Assembly (NCBI GenBank): GCA_003597995.1
Contig: QZJY01000016.1
Span: forward strand, 751-64,750
From: Dehalococcoidia bacterium
GTDB lineage: Bacteria; Chloroflexota; Dehalococcoidia; Dehalococcoidales; UBA1222
Direction of reading: 5' to 3'
DNA length: 64,000 nt
Shown here piece after piece: positions 62,901 to 64,000 of this stretch; the stretch's first letter is position 1; each line of letters opens with the position of its first letter. The notes under the pieces were generated by a model. It had not been told where the DNA came from and made no database searches. It saw nothing but the letters and a program-made list of their open reading frames with translations. The position numbers and the translations under genes were made by a program.

Positions 62901-63584
62901 ATGTGGATTAAATTCGTCTTGATGCTGGTAGGGGCTTACCTGCTGGGCTCGATACCCGCGGCCTATCTGGGCGTCAAATGGTTCAAAGGCGTTGATATCC
63001 GCAAATTGGGGACGGGCGTAACGGGCTCTTCAAACGTAGCTCGCACCACCTCCAAATGGTTGGCGGTACCCGTGGCATTGTTCGACATGGGCAAGAGCAT
63101 GCTCGCTTTCTGGCTCGCAGGTCTTATTGGATTGTCCGTGGGGCAGCAAATGGCTGTGGGTTTTATGGCTATAGTCGGCCACGACTGGCCGTTGTTTATC
63201 GGTTTCAGGGGCGGCAAGGGCATGATAACCAGTCTTGGCGTCATCTTCATGGCGTCGCCGCTGATGGGGGGCATTATCCTGGCGATAGCCTACCTTCCGG
63301 GATTAGTCCGGCAGATGGCGTTGGGGGTTTTCGTGGCACTCCTTTCTCTCCCGTTCTGGAGCTGGTTTGCCGCGAGCTGGCTGGGTATAGAGGATAGGCT
63401 GCCCGTTACTATCGGCTTGGCGTTCGTTACGTTGCTGGGATTTACCAAGCGGCTCATAGGTGCGAGAGTTGAACTCAGCCGCGACGTACCCACAGGGGAA
63501 CTGCTGCTCAACCGCCTGCTGTTCGACCGAGACATCCGCGACCGCAAGGCGTGGATTGACCGCAAACCAGAAAAAACTGCTTAG
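62901..63584 (+). CDS. plsY: glycerol-3-phosphate acyltransferase PlsY (copy 2, divergent)
   Basis: 227 aa with GAYLLGSIPAAY, GVTGSSNV and FRGGKGM. It has a longer charged C-terminal tail than copy 1. Confidence 0.75.
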   Translation: MWIKFVLMLVGAYLLGSIPAAYLGVKWFKGVDIRKLGTGVTGSSNVARTTSKWLAVPVALFDMGKSMLAFWLAGLIGLSVGQQMAVGFMAIVGHDWPLFIGFRGGKGMITSLGVIFMASPLMGGIILAIAYLPGLVRQMALGVFVALLSLPFWSWFAASWLGIEDRLPVTIGLAFVTLLGFTKRLIGARVELSRDVPTGELLLNRLLFDRDIRDRKAWIDRKPEKTA

Positions 63585-64000
63585 TGTTCCCTCCCGTAGC
63601 TGCACATCTCCTTCAGGCAGCAAACGGAGCATAAGGGCTTCTTGCGGCAAACGTCTTTACCCAGCTTTACGAACAACGCGTGGTATTCGTTAAAAAGCCG
63701 CGTGTCCTGTTCCAGATTTGACATAAAAAGCCTCTGGTATGCATCATAGGTGTCTCTTTGCGGCGCGATGCCGATTCGCTCCGCGATTCTCCTGGTATAA
63801 GCATCGATGACGAAGGCCGGTTTGCCCGCCGCGTACAGCAGGATGGAATCGGCTGTCTCCGGGCCAATGCCGTGGATGCCGAGCAACTCATTGCGCTTAT
63901 CATCGAGATTTCCTGAGAAGGCTTTTTCCAAACTATCCTCGTAGTTTCCCAGCCATTCCACCAGCGCCTTGAGCTTTTTGGCCTTGGCATTATAGTAGCC
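63581..64000 (-). CDS. endonuclease III-related HhH-GPD protein (5' end beyond the window)
   Basis: IHGIGPETADSILLYA (HhH), VIDAYT, and a C-terminal Fe-S loop CRKKPLCSVCCLKEMC. The frame stays open to the window end. Confidence 0.8.
   Translation of the reverse strand, partial: GYYNAKAKKLKALVEWLGNYEDSLEKAFSGNLDDKRNELLGIHGIGPETADSILLYAAGKPAFVIDAYTRRIAERIGIAPQRDTYDAYQRLFMSNLEQDTRLFNEYHALFVKLGKDVCRKKPLCSVCCLKEMCSYGREH

Overview
This is a 64-kb, GC-rich bacterial chromosomal segment (roughly 55-60% GC, judged by eye). It is densely packed with housekeeping genes on both strands. These include pyrD, lspA, rluD, a two-subunit class-I fumarase, nadK, hrcA-grpE-dnaK-dnaJ behind a CIRCE operator, gpsA-plsY-der, argF, polA, mutM, a catalase, gltX, nadC-nadB, yajC, miaB, one tRNA-Ser(GCU), ybeY, gatCA, hisA and hisI, rpmE, rplU-rpmA, folP-folK-PTPS and recA-recX-rny-ymdB. 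The gene order, the anaerobe-type genes and the intergenic repeat load fit an anaerobic Chloroflexota/Dehalococcoidia-like or similar lineage, but taxonomy cannot be proven from this window.

Accessory or unusual content:
- An hgcA-hgcB mercury-methylation pair (55.36-56.63 kb) with the NVWCAAGK cap-helix motif, apparently leaderless, directly upstream of folate genes.
- A lower-GC thiol/metalloid locus (6.3-9.8 kb). It holds arsR, an orphan arsD-like gene, a CcdA/DsbD-like membrane protein, a membrane-anchored unknown, an exported peptide with three Cys-Cys pairs, and a Tat-signal lipoprotein with a GcvH-like lipoyl domain. That last gene is broken by three single-base homopolymer frameshifts.
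- An AT-rich type II restriction-modification island (dcm - putative endonuclease - vsr, 45.1-47.6 kb) next to a relic rimO 5' end.
- A DUF559 cassette bracketed by direct repeats.
- A hicAB toxin-antitoxin pair.
- An AT-rich PD-(D/E)XK-like gene wedged into a DUF3795/PflX radical-SAM operon.
- Two small AT-rich orphan islets.

Intergenic DNA is saturated with two repeat classes. One is GC-rich modular hairpins, including a 38-nt unit present as an exact inverted copy 38 kb apart. The other is a roughly 110-150-bp AT-rich element family with a variable 7-mer tandem tract.

Several promoters show an extended -10 box (TGnTATAAT) placed 6 nt from the start codon, which implies leaderless mRNAs. 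hisA has no canonical start codon upstream of its catalytic N-terminus.

I saw no rRNA, CRISPR array, transposase or integrase. All functional calls come from motif recognition by eye; no database search was run.
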